From: Candidatus Krumholzibacteriia bacterium
GTDB taxonomy: Bacteria > Krumholzibacteriota > Krumholzibacteriia > WVZY01
Length of the DNA: 31,989 bases
NCBI GenBank assembly: GCA_036478295.1
Contig: JAZGDW010000262.1
Location: forward strand, 1-31,989
Direction: 5' to 3'
In this document: positions 9,112-18,214 of the stretch, one piece after another
Layout: each line of letters opens with the position of its first letter
How positions within the stretch are numbered: position 1 is the first letter of the stretch
Made by a program: the position numbers and the translations under genes
The notes under the pieces: model-generated
The model's input: the letters and a program-made list of their open reading frames with translations, nothing else
The model's database searches: none
Told to the model about the DNA's origin: nothing

Positions 9112-9951
9112 ATGAAAATCGGACACTGGGAAGTGAATGGATTCGTAAGTGGGCGTTTTGGACTCGATGGGGGAGCGATGTTCGGCGTTGTCCCCAAGAA
9201 CATCTGGTCGCGCGTGGCGCCCGCCGACGACGAAAACCGTGTCGCCATGGCGATGCGACTGCTGCTCATCCGCGGGCAGGACAAGAGGATGTTGGTGGAT
9301 TCGGGGTGCGGGATGGGTTACGGCGAGAAACTCACGCGGATTTACAGCTTCGAGTCCATCAAGCCGATGACGGAAAGCCTGCAGGCCTTCGATCTCCACC
9401 CGGATGACATCACGGATGTTCTGGTCACTCACCTCCACTTCGATCACGGGGGTGGCCTGGCCACACCGGACGGATCGGCGTGGCGCCTGACTTTTCCAAG
9501 CGCCGCACATCATATCCAGAAGCGGCAGTGGGAGCATGCACTCAATCCCAACCCACGGGACCGCGCGAGCTTTTTTCGCGAGCGCATCGAGCTGATCGAA
9601 CGCTCTGGTAATCTCGTGCTGCACGATGGCGACTGGTCACCGGCCGAGGGGCTGGAACTCCATACCGTCGACGGCCACACTCCGGGACAGCAGCTGCCGT
9701 TGATCCGCGGCGACGGCAAAACGCTGTTTTTCTGTGGCGATCTGGTGCCGACCTCGGCGCATCTGCCGATCCCCTACATCATGTCCTACGACCTGCAGCC
9801 GGTGCTCGCGATGGAGGAGAAGAGCCGGGTGCTGAAAAGAGCCTCCGCGGAGGGCTGGATCCTCTTCTTCGAGCATGACGCCCGGCTCGCGGCGTGCTAC
9901 GTCGTCGATCGCGAGGGACGTTTTTCGGCGGGAGACGCCGTCGAGATCTAG
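9112..9951 (+). CDS. MBL-fold metallo-hydrolase (YtnP-like)
   Basis: LDGGAMFGVVPK, THLHFDHGGG, GHTPGQ, GDLVP and FFEHD motifs; GGGAG RBS before ATG 9112. Confidence 0.93.
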   Translation: MKIGHWEVNGFVSGRFGLDGGAMFGVVPKNIWSRVAPADDENRVAMAMRLLLIRGQDKRMLVDSGCGMGYGEKLTRIYSFESIKPMTESLQAFDLHPDDITDVLVTHLHFDHGGGLATPDGSAWRLTFPSAAHHIQKRQWEHALNPNPRDRASFFRERIELIERSGNLVLHDGDWSPAEGLELHTVDGHTPGQQLPLIRGDGKTLFFCGDLVPTSAHLPIPYIMSYDLQPVLAMEEKSRVLKRASAEGWILFFEHDARLAACYVVDREGRFSAGDAVEI

Positions 9952-10091
9952 CGTGCCGCCGTCTACTAATCTCGCCACAAGCTCGTGAATCGCTTGACTT
10001 TGGGGAACTGTTCCCTGATTATTGTGTAAGACTCAGTATCCTAAGTTATCTCCCAGCGCCTATATTGTTTTTTTGCAAGGAGGTTCGGCTC

Positions 10092-10595
10092 TTGAAGAAG
10101 AATGCATCCATCGTGATCGCGGTATTCCTGGTACTGGGTATCGCGGCGTTCGCCATCAGTGACGTGAGTCAGGCAACTGCGTGTAAGGGCAAGTACGGCG
10201 TGACAGCCCAGACCGCTAGCGCGTGCTGCGCCAAGAATGCCGCTGTGGCCGGGACCAGGTCCGCGTGCTCGAAGAGCGCGGCCGCCCAGACCGCTGGCGC
10301 CTACTCCTGCTCGAAGGGCGCCAAGGCTGCGTCCCTGGCCGACATCCGCCACCGCGAGGGCAAGCGAGTCGTCCTCACGGGCAACGCCGTGTGCGGCAAG
10401 TGTAATCTCGGACTCACCGAAGCGTGCCAGACGTTTTTTCAAACCGCGGACGGCACTGCCTACCGCCTGATGAAGAACAATCACGTCAAGGCCATGCGGA
10501 ATACGGAGACTCCCAACGGCTTCCGCATCGTCAGCTACGTACGCAAGCTTGACGGCACGAAGTATCTCGAAGTGAAAAACTTCAAGACGCTCTAA
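10092..10595 (+). CDS. Exported Cys-rich protein (C-terminal CGKC...CQ domain, DUF6370-like)
   Basis: AAGGAGG then TTG 10092; signal peptide; Ala/Cys/Ser/Lys-rich linker, then VVLTGNAVCGKCNLGLTEACQ. Confidence 0.7.
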   Translation: MKKNASIVIAVFLVLGIAAFAISDVSQATACKGKYGVTAQTASACCAKNAAVAGTRSACSKSAAAQTAGAYSCSKGAKAASLADIRHREGKRVVLTGNAVCGKCNLGLTEACQTFFQTADGTAYRLMKNNHVKAMRNTETPNGFRIVSYVRKLDGTKYLEVKNFKTL

Positions 10596-10617
10596 GCCAA
10601 TTTCGCCAGTAACATAG

Positions 10618-10651
10618 AAAAAGAGGCCGAAGAATTTCGGCCTCTTTTTTT
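10618..10651. terminator. Bidirectional rho-independent terminator
   Basis: AAAAAGAGGCCGAA-gaat-TTCGGCCTCTTTTTTT between convergent genes. Confidence 0.9.
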
Positions 10652-10694
10652 GGTTCTGTAATCCCCGGGCGCGTACGTGGCAGGCAATGCCCGG

Positions 10695-12326
10695 TTAGCG
10701 TTTGCGGCTCTTGCCGCGCCCGCCGCGTTTTGAGGAGCGTGGACTCGAGCTCTTGCTCGATGACCGGGAATGCGACCGGGAGCTTTTCACGCTCCGGCCC
10801 TTTGCATTTGAGGAATGCGAACGCCGCTGGGTCTTCACCGACCGCGATTTTCCGTGACTGCCCGAGCGCGGAGCGGCTTTGCCATAGCGCCGCGACGTCG
10901 ACCGCTTCACCGCTTTTCGCCCGCCGGACCTGCTGGCCTTGCTGCGCCCGACACGCGTCTTGGAACTGTGTGAGCGCTTTGACGTGTGGACCCGCTCCTT
11001 GTGGCTCCTGGAGCCTCCTCGGTGGACAATCTTCTTCACGGGCCGCGTCCGGGTCCGGTCGCCCTTCTTAACCGCTTTCTTGCTGTAACTCTTTGCGCGG
11101 GACGAGTGCTTGACCTTCGTGGACTTACCTATTGCTCGGGTCGTTCTCGATGTCGCCTTGTGGCGCACTCGTGGATCGTTCCCGTAGTTCGTTGCCGAGG
11201 CCACGCCACTTTTGTCCCGTACGCTACCCTTCAGCCGCAGGGATCGCGCCGCGATCGTCTCACCGTGGTGCCCCCCGTACCCGTAACCCCCGTTGTAATA
11301 CGGGTAGCCGTAGCCGTAACCGCTGTAGTACGGGTAATCGTAGTAGTTAGCGTAGTGGTGATTGTAGTGGTGTCCCCAGTAGAAGCCGACACTCCAATAA
11401 AAGCCGCTCCCATAATAGTAGTAGGGGTAGTACGAGTAATAGTTGTAATACGGGTAATAGTTGTAATACGGATAGTAGCCGTAGCCCGCGTACGACGGGT
11501 AAGAACCGTAGCCGTAATAGTCCGGGTAGTACGTTACGTAGACGCGGTTGGTCGTGCTTTCGCCCGTGTCGTCGTCACCGTCGTCGTATCCCTCCGGCCT
11601 GGCCAGGTTATCGATAAACTGTCTCTCGAACGCCGGCGCCAGCGGATAGCTTAAGTGATGTTCGTTGTTGAACGCCGTGGTGGCCTCGTACTCCGCGATG
11701 CCCTCGCCATACGGATCCTTGCCGGAGGCGTAGCATTCCTCACAGAGGTAGCGGGGATAGTCGACCGCCTCGTTTACATAGAAATACGTATAGGCGAGTG
11801 AGACCCCTTCGTTGTAACGCACCCCGCGCACCAGTTTCTCGGCCACCCGGTTGGCCGCCAGGAACGGGTCACCGTCTATGCGGAATCGCTTGTGAAACGG
11901 GAGGCTCTCGCCTTCCAGCAGAGAAGCGATCTGGCTCTCGCTGATCGCATCCCGCTCCGGCACCGCCAGCGCGAACACGAACTCGATGCCAGTCATACCG
12001 CTGATACGGAGGGACTCACGCGCGTCCTGGGGGATGTGCAACGTCTCGCCGGCCGAAAGTTTCGGGAAGGAAGTGCTCTGCCGTGGGTACAATAGGCTGA
12101 CGAATCCCTCGGTATCGATATTGAAGACCAGGATATGGGCGTCGGTATCCGTATCGAGGGTGAAACTCACCGTTTCACCTTTCTGGTAGACACTGCCCGA
12201 TGGATCCGCCAGGGTTATACGGACGCCATATTTTGAATAGTCTGTTGAATTATAACGAGTTACTGCCTCAGAATTCTGGGCGAGGATCAGGGCCAGGACC
12301 GGAAAGAGAGCGAGGGCTTTCTTCAT
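10695..12326 (-). CDS. Exported DUF4384-like protein with Tyr-rich region and Arg/Ser/Lys-rich tail
   Basis: AAGGAGG RBS, signal peptide, YQKGETVSF...VFNIDTEGFVSLLYP DUF4384-like domain; low-complexity C-terminal half. Confidence 0.8.
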   Translation of the reverse strand: MKKALALFPVLALILAQNSEAVTRYNSTDYSKYGVRITLADPSGSVYQKGETVSFTLDTDTDAHILVFNIDTEGFVSLLYPRQSTSFPKLSAGETLHIPQDARESLRISGMTGIEFVFALAVPERDAISESQIASLLEGESLPFHKRFRIDGDPFLAANRVAEKLVRGVRYNEGVSLAYTYFYVNEAVDYPRYLCEECYASGKDPYGEGIAEYEATTAFNNEHHLSYPLAPAFERQFIDNLARPEGYDDGDDDTGESTTNRVYVTYYPDYYGYGSYPSYAGYGYYPYYNYYPYYNYYSYYPYYYYGSGFYWSVGFYWGHHYNHHYANYYDYPYYSGYGYGYPYYNGGYGYGGHHGETIAARSLRLKGSVRDKSGVASATNYGNDPRVRHKATSRTTRAIGKSTKVKHSSRAKSYSKKAVKKGDRTRTRPVKKIVHRGGSRSHKERVHTSKRSHSSKTRVGRSKASRSGGRKAVKRSTSRRYGKAAPRSGSHGKSRSVKTQRRSHSSNAKGRSVKSSRSHSRSSSKSSSPRSSKRGGRGKSRKR

Positions 12327-12374
12327 GTGATTCCCTCCTTCGGTGCGAGAAACGAGTGCAATCTACCCCTGTTA

Positions 12375-12403
12375 ATTATAGTTCTTATCGGACGGAGCGG
12401 CAA
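12375..12403 (-). promoter_or_regulatory. Putative sigma-70 promoter of the DUF4384-like gene
   Basis: Minus strand TTGCCG-N17-TATAAT. Confidence 0.55.
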
Positions 12404-12413
12404 CCCTTATAGT

Positions 12414-12442
12414 TTGACGCCATCGGGGCACTTTGCTATGTT
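12414..12442 (+). promoter_or_regulatory. Putative sigma-70 promoter of the tol-pal cluster
   Basis: TTGACG-N17-TATGTT with extended -10 TG. Confidence 0.55.
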
Positions 12443-12516
12443 GTGCTTGATTTCGGGACAGGGGCATCTAGTTCTCTAAGCTGTTGAAAATAATAGAGTT
12501 TTGAGAAAGGTCGGAA

Positions 12517-13272
12517 ATGGATACGCAATTTGTACTGCCGTTTGCGGATGTGGGGCAGTCGTTCATTTCACTGATGCTCGGGAGCGGCGCGTTCGCCAAG
12601 GTCGTGCTGCTCATCCTTTTCGTCATGTCGGTCACCTCGTGGGCGATTATCTTCGACCGCACCCGCCTGTACCTGAAGCTGAGACGACTTGGAAACTCGC
12701 TGCAGACGGGCCTTGCCTCCAGAGGCCTTGCCTTGCCCATGGCGACGGTCAACCGCGGCCTGCCGTCGATCGAGGGGGCGTTGATCCTAGAGACCAAACG
12801 CTATCTGGAGGGGAATAAACCATCTTCCGCGGAAGGCTCTCCGGGGGGAGGCGGCCGCTCGGTGGACAAACTCAAGGATCTCCTGGACGGCCGCGCCGTC
12901 TCCGAGGTGTCGGAGATGGAGAAGTACCTCATCTTTCTGTCTACCACGGCCAGTGTCGCCCCGTTTCTTGGGCTGCTCGGCACGGTGTGGGGCATCATGA
13001 GCAGTTTTCTCAGCATGGGGGTGCAGGGAACGGCGAGCATCGAGGTAGTCGGCCCGGGCATCGCCGAGGCGCTCGTCACCACTATCGCGGGCCTCGGCAC
13101 GGCGATTACAGCGCTCGTGGGGTATAACCTGTTGGTGAGGCACGTGCGGCGCCAGGAAACCCGCATCGAGCTTTTTATCTCGAGGATTCTCGCGTTGACG
13201 GCCGACAAGTTCCAACAGCCGAGTTCGCACCCGGCCACCCGGGAGGCGTCGTATGAAGAAAAGTCCTTATAG
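12517..13272 (+). CDS. tolQ: TolQ (MotA/TolQ/ExbB proton channel)
   Basis: APFLGLLGTVWGIMSSF and PGIAEALVTT motifs; first gene of the tol-pal cluster. Confidence 0.92.
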   Translation: MDTQFVLPFADVGQSFISLMLGSGAFAKVVLLILFVMSVTSWAIIFDRTRLYLKLRRLGNSLQTGLASRGLALPMATVNRGLPSIEGALILETKRYLEGNKPSSAEGSPGGGGRSVDKLKDLLDGRAVSEVSEMEKYLIFLSTTASVAPFLGLLGTVWGIMSSFLSMGVQGTASIEVVGPGIAEALVTTIAGLGTAITALVGYNLLVRHVRRQETRIELFISRILALTADKFQQPSSHPATREASYEEKSL

Positions 13273-13654
13273 CTCCATCTCGGAGATCAACATCACATCC
13301 CTGGTCGACGTGATGATGGTTCTCCTGATTATCTTCATGTTGACGGCGCCCTTTATCCAGGCGGGGATAAAGGTGCAGCTGCCCAGGGCCAAATCGACGG
13401 TCATCAAGGAAACCGACGGCGTCATGCTGGCGGTGACCCGGGAAGGCGACATCTACCTCAATGACCGCAAGGTCGAGCGGGACCAGATGGAGGAATCTCT
13501 GCGTAACCTGAAGGTCGCCGGCGAGGAGCGGGTGTTCGTGCGGGCGGACAAGGAAGTACCATACGGAGTCGTAATGGAGGTAATCGGTCGGGTCAAGGCG
13601 GTGGGAATCGACGAGGTGGGGTTGATTACCCAAATGGAAAAAATCGAGAAATAG
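13253..13654 (+). CDS. tolR: TolR (ExbD/TolR)
   Basis: EINITSLVDVMMVLLIIFM and RADKEVPYGVVMEV motifs. Confidence 0.92.
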   Translation: MKKSPYSSISEINITSLVDVMMVLLIIFMLTAPFIQAGIKVQLPRAKSTVIKETDGVMLAVTREGDIYLNDRKVERDQMEESLRNLKVAGEERVFVRADKEVPYGVVMEVIGRVKAVGIDEVGLITQMEKIEK

Positions 13655-13678
13655 GATCCGGATACCGGTCCTGATGAG

Positions 13679-14335
13679 ATGAAAAACGCACTTCTTTTTT
13701 CGTTCGCGCTGCACGTTGTGGCGGGTGTTCTGTCACAGGCGGTGGTCAAGTTCTCCCACGTCCGTTTCGTTCCGCGCGAGGTCTACTCGGTTCAGATAGT
13801 GGATCCCGCCCTGTTCGAGAAACCGGCGCCCAAACCCCCTCCGGTCGTCGAGAAGAAAACCGAGCCCGTGGTCAAGCAAGAAAAGCCGGAGGAGCTCGTG
13901 CCGCCCCAGCGCAAGAAACCGAAGCCGCAGAAGAAAGAACCGGAGGTGGTAAAGAAGACCGTTCAAGAGGAAAAGCTGACGGATAACCCACCCCTGGACG
14001 ACACCGAGCCGCCGGCCACGGGTGACATGCAGCTCAGTGTAGAGGATTTCCCCTTCGCGTACTACCTCACGTCTGTGAAGCGCAAGATCGCCGCGTTATG
14101 GACGGTGCCGGGAACCGCAACGAGCGAGGAGAAGTTCTGCCGCGTGTATTTTCAGGTGGGTCGCGGCGGCGGCATCACCGCGCTTTCCATCGAGACTTCG
14201 TCGGGCAACTTCCTTTTCGACCAGGCGGCGCTGCGGGCGGTCACTCAGGCCAACCCGTTGCCCCCGCTTCCCAACGGGTTTCCCGACAACTACCTGGGGG
14301 TGCATTTTAGTTTTGCCTATGAGCAAGAGTATTAG
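13679..14335 (+). CDS. tolA: TolA (TonB C-terminal-type energy transducer)
   Basis: N-terminal TM with SxxLH, Pro/Lys/Glu linker, SSGNFLFDQAALRAV...PLPPLP; lies between tolR and tolB. Confidence 0.85.
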   Translation: MKNALLFSFALHVVAGVLSQAVVKFSHVRFVPREVYSVQIVDPALFEKPAPKPPPVVEKKTEPVVKQEKPEELVPPQRKKPKPQKKEPEVVKKTVQEEKLTDNPPLDDTEPPATGDMQLSVEDFPFAYYLTSVKRKIAALWTVPGTATSEEKFCRVYFQVGRGGGITALSIETSSGNFLFDQAALRAVTQANPLPPLPNGFPDNYLGVHFSFAYEQEY

Positions 14336-15572
14336 AATACGCGCGGGTCTGGTCCTCGTTCTGCTGCTGGCCATGCCGGTCACAGCGGTGGGTCAGTCGG
14401 AGGTGGAGCTGGGCATCCGTAGCTCGTTTGCCAACCGCATCCCCCTGGCCATCGCGCCTTTTGCGGCGCTGGACGGCACCTCACGCGAGGATGTCCTGGC
14501 GCTGGAGCGTGTGGTGACCTCCGACCTGGAATTCTCGGGCGTCTTCAAGATCCATCGCGGCAGGGTCCCCGCCGCGCACAACGGCGACACCGAGGGGCTG
14601 GTCGAAGTGCGGGGCGCGATGTTTCTCTACCGCGACAAAGCCCATTTCGAGGGCCGCGTGGTGGACGTGGAAACCGGACAACAGATCGGCGCCAAGCGCT
14701 ATCTCTTCAAGCGGGAGCAGGTCCGCCAGATCGCCCATCATTTCGCAGACGAAGTCGTGCGCATGCTGACCGGCGAAAAGGGGATCGCCACCACCCACGT
14801 GCTGTACCGGCGCAAGAGCGGGGACACGTGGGAAGTGATCATGTCGGATTACGACGGCTACAACAGCAAAGTGCTGCTCCGGCAGAGTGTCCCCATTCTC
14901 TATCCCCGCTGGCTCGATAAGGACGCGGCGCTGGCCTATACGAGCTTCCGCTACGGGAAGCCGGATCTTTTCGTGCGATATCTCAAAGAGGCCGCGTCGC
15001 GACGGCTGGCGACCTTCGACGGGATCAATTTCTCGGTGGACTGGTCGGAGAAACGCGGGGAAATGCTGGTAACGCTCAGCAAGGACGGGAACGCCGAGAT
15101 CTACATCATGAAAAAGGGGGGCAAGGTCAGAAAGCGCCTCACCCACAGCCGGGCCATCGATATCAGCCCCGGCTGGTCACCGAGCGGCCGCGAGTTGGTC
15201 TTTTCGTCGGACCGGTCGGGCAACCCCCATATTTTCGTCATGGAGGCGGACGGCAGCAACGTGCGACGTCTGACCTTCGCCGGCAAGTACAACGAGTCCC
15301 CCACCTGGTCGCCGAAGGGGGACTATATCGCGTTTGTATCGAGGATTGACGGATTCTTCCAGCTGTGTACAATTCGACCGGATGGCACCGGTTTCCAGGT
15401 GTTGACCAGTGAACCGCTCGACCACGAGGACCCTCGCTGGGCGCCCAACGGACGCCACATCATTTACAGCGAGGATCGGGACGGCGAATCGGTTATTTCA
15501 ATTATTGACATCGGCACAGGCGGTAGGAGAGTATTAGCGCAGGGTAGTAACCCGGACTGGTCTGCCCGGTAA
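14319..15572 (+). CDS. tolB: TolB periplasmic beta-propeller protein
   Basis: Signal peptide, TolB N-domain (IAHHFADEVV...TGEKGIA), DYDGYN and repeated WSP/PD40 motifs. Confidence 0.93.
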   Translation: MSKSIRIRAGLVLVLLLAMPVTAVGQSEVELGIRSSFANRIPLAIAPFAALDGTSREDVLALERVVTSDLEFSGVFKIHRGRVPAAHNGDTEGLVEVRGAMFLYRDKAHFEGRVVDVETGQQIGAKRYLFKREQVRQIAHHFADEVVRMLTGEKGIATTHVLYRRKSGDTWEVIMSDYDGYNSKVLLRQSVPILYPRWLDKDAALAYTSFRYGKPDLFVRYLKEAASRRLATFDGINFSVDWSEKRGEMLVTLSKDGNAEIYIMKKGGKVRKRLTHSRAIDISPGWSPSGRELVFSSDRSGNPHIFVMEADGSNVRRLTFAGKYNESPTWSPKGDYIAFVSRIDGFFQLCTIRPDGTGFQVLTSEPLDHEDPRWAPNGRHIIYSEDRDGESVISIIDIGTGGRRVLAQGSNPDWSAR

Positions 15573-15622
15573 GGCGGCAGACGCTGCAGGCAAGAAACAC
15601 ACGATAGCGGGAGGTTTGTTGT

Positions 15623-16144
15623 ATGAGAGTGACGAATATTCTGGTTTGTGTCCTGGTGGTGTTGGTGGCTTTTGGCTTCACGGCGTGTTCGAAAAAACAG
15701 ACCGCGAGCCAGTCCCCGTCGACAATTGATACGGAGCCGGTAACCACGCAGCCGCCACCGGCGGTTGAAGTTGACACGCCGGCCACGGACACAGAGCCCA
15801 CACAGGTACCGATTCCGGTTTTGTCGGACGTCTTTTTCGATTATGACAAGTCCAATCTGACCAGTGATGGCAAGCGGATACTCGAGGCGAACGCGCGTCA
15901 GCTCAAGGATGCACGTTCGGTCACGATAACCGTCGAAGGTCACTGCGACGAGCGTGGCACCAACTCATACAACCTGGCGCTGGGAGAGAGACGTGCCAGG
16001 GCGGCGAAGGACTATCTCCGGTCGCTCGGGGTTGGCGCGAGCCGCGTCAAGACGGTCAGTATGGGTGAGGAGCGGCCGTTCGATTCCGGTCGTACCGAGG
16101 CCGCATGGGCCAAGAACCGGAGAGCGCATTTTATTATTAACTGA
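15623..16144 (+). CDS. pal: Peptidoglycan-associated lipoprotein Pal
   Basis: Lipobox FTAC; FFDYDKS, EGHCDERGTNSYNLALGERRA and AWAKNRRA. Confidence 0.96.
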   Translation: MRVTNILVCVLVVLVAFGFTACSKKQTASQSPSTIDTEPVTTQPPPAVEVDTPATDTEPTQVPIPVLSDVFFDYDKSNLTSDGKRILEANARQLKDARSVTITVEGHCDERGTNSYNLALGERRARAAKDYLRSLGVGASRVKTVSMGEERPFDSGRTEAAWAKNRRAHFIIN

Positions 16145-16158
16145 CCGGCTGCACGATT

Positions 16159-16959
16159 TTGACACGATCGCTCGTTAAAAAGCTGTTCGGTTTGGGCGTG
16201 GCCGTGGGCGTGGCCGTGGGCCTGACATCGGGGTGCTACAGCACCAAGATGATGGAGTTTACCTATCAGGAACTCGATACGGTAAAGACCACGCAAAAGG
16301 AGCTCCTGGAGACGATCCACATGTTGTCCCAGCAGCTCGACGAGGAGAGGCAGGCCCGCGTACACGCGCAGGCGGAATCCGCCCAGACCATGCGGGAGCT
16401 CCGCGAGGTGTTGGAGATTCTGTCCTATCGGGTGGACGATACCTCGCAGCTTCTCTCGAACCGCGGCGCGTCCGGATCCGTCGGGCGCACGGTGGCCGGG
16501 CGGGACACGGTCAGGGGCCGCCCGCCGGGTACCACCGATGCAAAGACGGACACGTCGCTCGCCGCGACCGTCGGTGAAGCCAAGGAATCAAAACGACTGT
16601 TCGAGAGTTCGTACATGGATCTGACCCTGGGCAACTACGACCTGGCCGTTCAGGGCTTCAAGAACTACATCGTGCGTTACCCTGGATCAACCGGCCGGGA
16701 TAATGCCTACTACTATCTCGGGGAGTCGTATTACTCGCTGTCGCGGTACCTGGAGGCGGTGGCGGAATACCAGAGTGTCATCCGCGAGTTCCCGCGCTCG
16801 CGCTTCACCGCGGCTTCGTATTTGAAATCGGGATTTTGCTACCAGAAATTGGAAGAAAAGCAGCTCGCCACGAAAGCCTTCCGCGAACTCATCGCCAGTT
16901 ATCCGCGCAGCGAGGAAGCCGAACAGGCACGGGTCGCGCTGAAGGAAATGGGAGGGTAG
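16159..16959 (+). CDS. cpoB: CpoB/YbgF (coiled-coil plus TPR)
   Basis: Lipobox-like TSGC, coiled coil, TPRs (GNYDLAVQGF, AYYYLGESYY, YPRSEEA); follows pal. Confidence 0.88.
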   Translation: MTRSLVKKLFGLGVAVGVAVGLTSGCYSTKMMEFTYQELDTVKTTQKELLETIHMLSQQLDEERQARVHAQAESAQTMRELREVLEILSYRVDDTSQLLSNRGASGSVGRTVAGRDTVRGRPPGTTDAKTDTSLAATVGEAKESKRLFESSYMDLTLGNYDLAVQGFKNYIVRYPGSTGRDNAYYYLGESYYSLSRYLEAVAEYQSVIREFPRSRFTAASYLKSGFCYQKLEEKQLATKAFRELIASYPRSEEAEQARVALKEMGG

Positions 16960-16972
16960 CCAGCCAAGCGCC

Positions 16973-18214
16973 TTGCACGGTCTAGTATTCTACCTGATTG
17001 CGCTGGTCGTTCTGATCGCTATTTCCGCCTTTTTCTCAGGGTCGGAAGCCGCTCTTTTTTCACTCAGCCGCTCGCAGCTCAATCGCTTGCACGGACACTC
17101 CGGAGCGGGCAGAGAGGTCGTCCGCCTCCTCTCGAAGCCCCGCAATCTCCTGATTACCATCCTCATCGGTAATCTCGTTGTCAACGTCTTCACCACGAGT
17201 GCGGTTACCGCGGTGGCCGTTCGTTTCTTCGGCGACAGGGGAGTGGTCTACGCCTTCGCGTTCATGTCGGTGTTGATCCTGGTTTTTGGGGAAATCTTTC
17301 CCAAGGTCCTGGCGATCAACCGGCCGGTAAAGTTCTCTCTACTCCAGATTTTTCCGCTACGTTTCTTTCATACGATCTTTTATCCAGCTCAAATTCCAAT
17401 CGCCCGTTTTACCGACTCCGTGATCGCGTTTCTCACGGCGAGGCTGGGCTTCGCGCGGCGCTATTTTTCACGCGACGAGCTGTTGACCGCGCTGGACATC
17501 GGCCGGGACGACGGGCATATGGGCGAGTTCGAATATCAACTGCTGTCCAACATTATCGAATTCAGGGACACGGTCGTTCGGGAGATCATGACCCCGAGCA
17601 TCAGCGTATTCTCTTTGCCGCTCAAGATGAACCCGGACGAGATGGAGGAACAGATCCTGCGGCACGAGCTCTCGAGGGTGCCCGTGTACGGGGAAACAGC
17701 GGATGATGTGCGCGGTGTCCTGCACATCAAGGACCTTGCGGCGACGCCGCATGACGACGCCGCGTTCGACATATCGACCATTCTGCGTCCTCCGTACTAC
17801 GTGCCGGAGACCACCCGTATTTCGGAATTGTTCAAGGAACTGGCCAGGCGGAGATCGCAGCTCGCAGTGGTGATCGACGAGTACGGTTCCTACGTGGGCA
17901 TCGTCACCCTGGAGGACATCCTGGAGGAGCTGGTGGGAGAGATCAGGGACGCGAAGGAGCCGCATACCTTCGAATATACGTTGCTCGATGACCATCGTAT
18001 CGTCGTCACCGGCACGATGGCGATCGATGACTTCAACGATGTATTCGGCACCGACATTGTGGACGAGGAACACGAAACCATCGCCGGGTACGTAACCGGT
18101 GCGACGGGAAATATTCCGAGGGAGGGGGAAACGGTCCGCGTGGGAGAGCTTCGCTTTCACATCATCTCGGTGCAGCCCAACCGCGTGCGCAAGATGAGGG
18201 TGGAAAAGGCATGA
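16973..18214 (+). CDS. CNNM/hemolysin-family protein (DUF21 + CBS pair + CorC/HlyC)
   Basis: SAFFSGSEAALFSL, FGEIFPK, VIDEYG...VTLEDILEELVGEI, ETIAGYV. Confidence 0.93.
   Translation: MHGLVFYLIALVVLIAISAFFSGSEAALFSLSRSQLNRLHGHSGAGREVVRLLSKPRNLLITILIGNLVVNVFTTSAVTAVAVRFFGDRGVVYAFAFMSVLILVFGEIFPKVLAINRPVKFSLLQIFPLRFFHTIFYPAQIPIARFTDSVIAFLTARLGFARRYFSRDELLTALDIGRDDGHMGEFEYQLLSNIIEFRDTVVREIMTPSISVFSLPLKMNPDEMEEQILRHELSRVPVYGETADDVRGVLHIKDLAATPHDDAAFDISTILRPPYYVPETTRISELFKELARRRSQLAVVIDEYGSYVGIVTLEDILEELVGEIRDAKEPHTFEYTLLDDHRIVVTGTMAIDDFNDVFGTDIVDEEHETIAGYVTGATGNIPREGETVRVGELRFHIISVQPNRVRKMRVEKA

Noticed and set aside
11230..11540. CRISPR-like or DGR-like repeats (GTAATAGTTGTAATACGG, GTAGCC units)
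   Set aside because: They are the antisense of Tyr/Gly/Asn codons in the DUF4384-like gene; no spacers, cas or reverse transcriptase genes in the window.
13679..14335. TonB/ExbBD uptake system
   Set aside because: Context with tolB, pal and cpoB identifies the genes as TolQRA.
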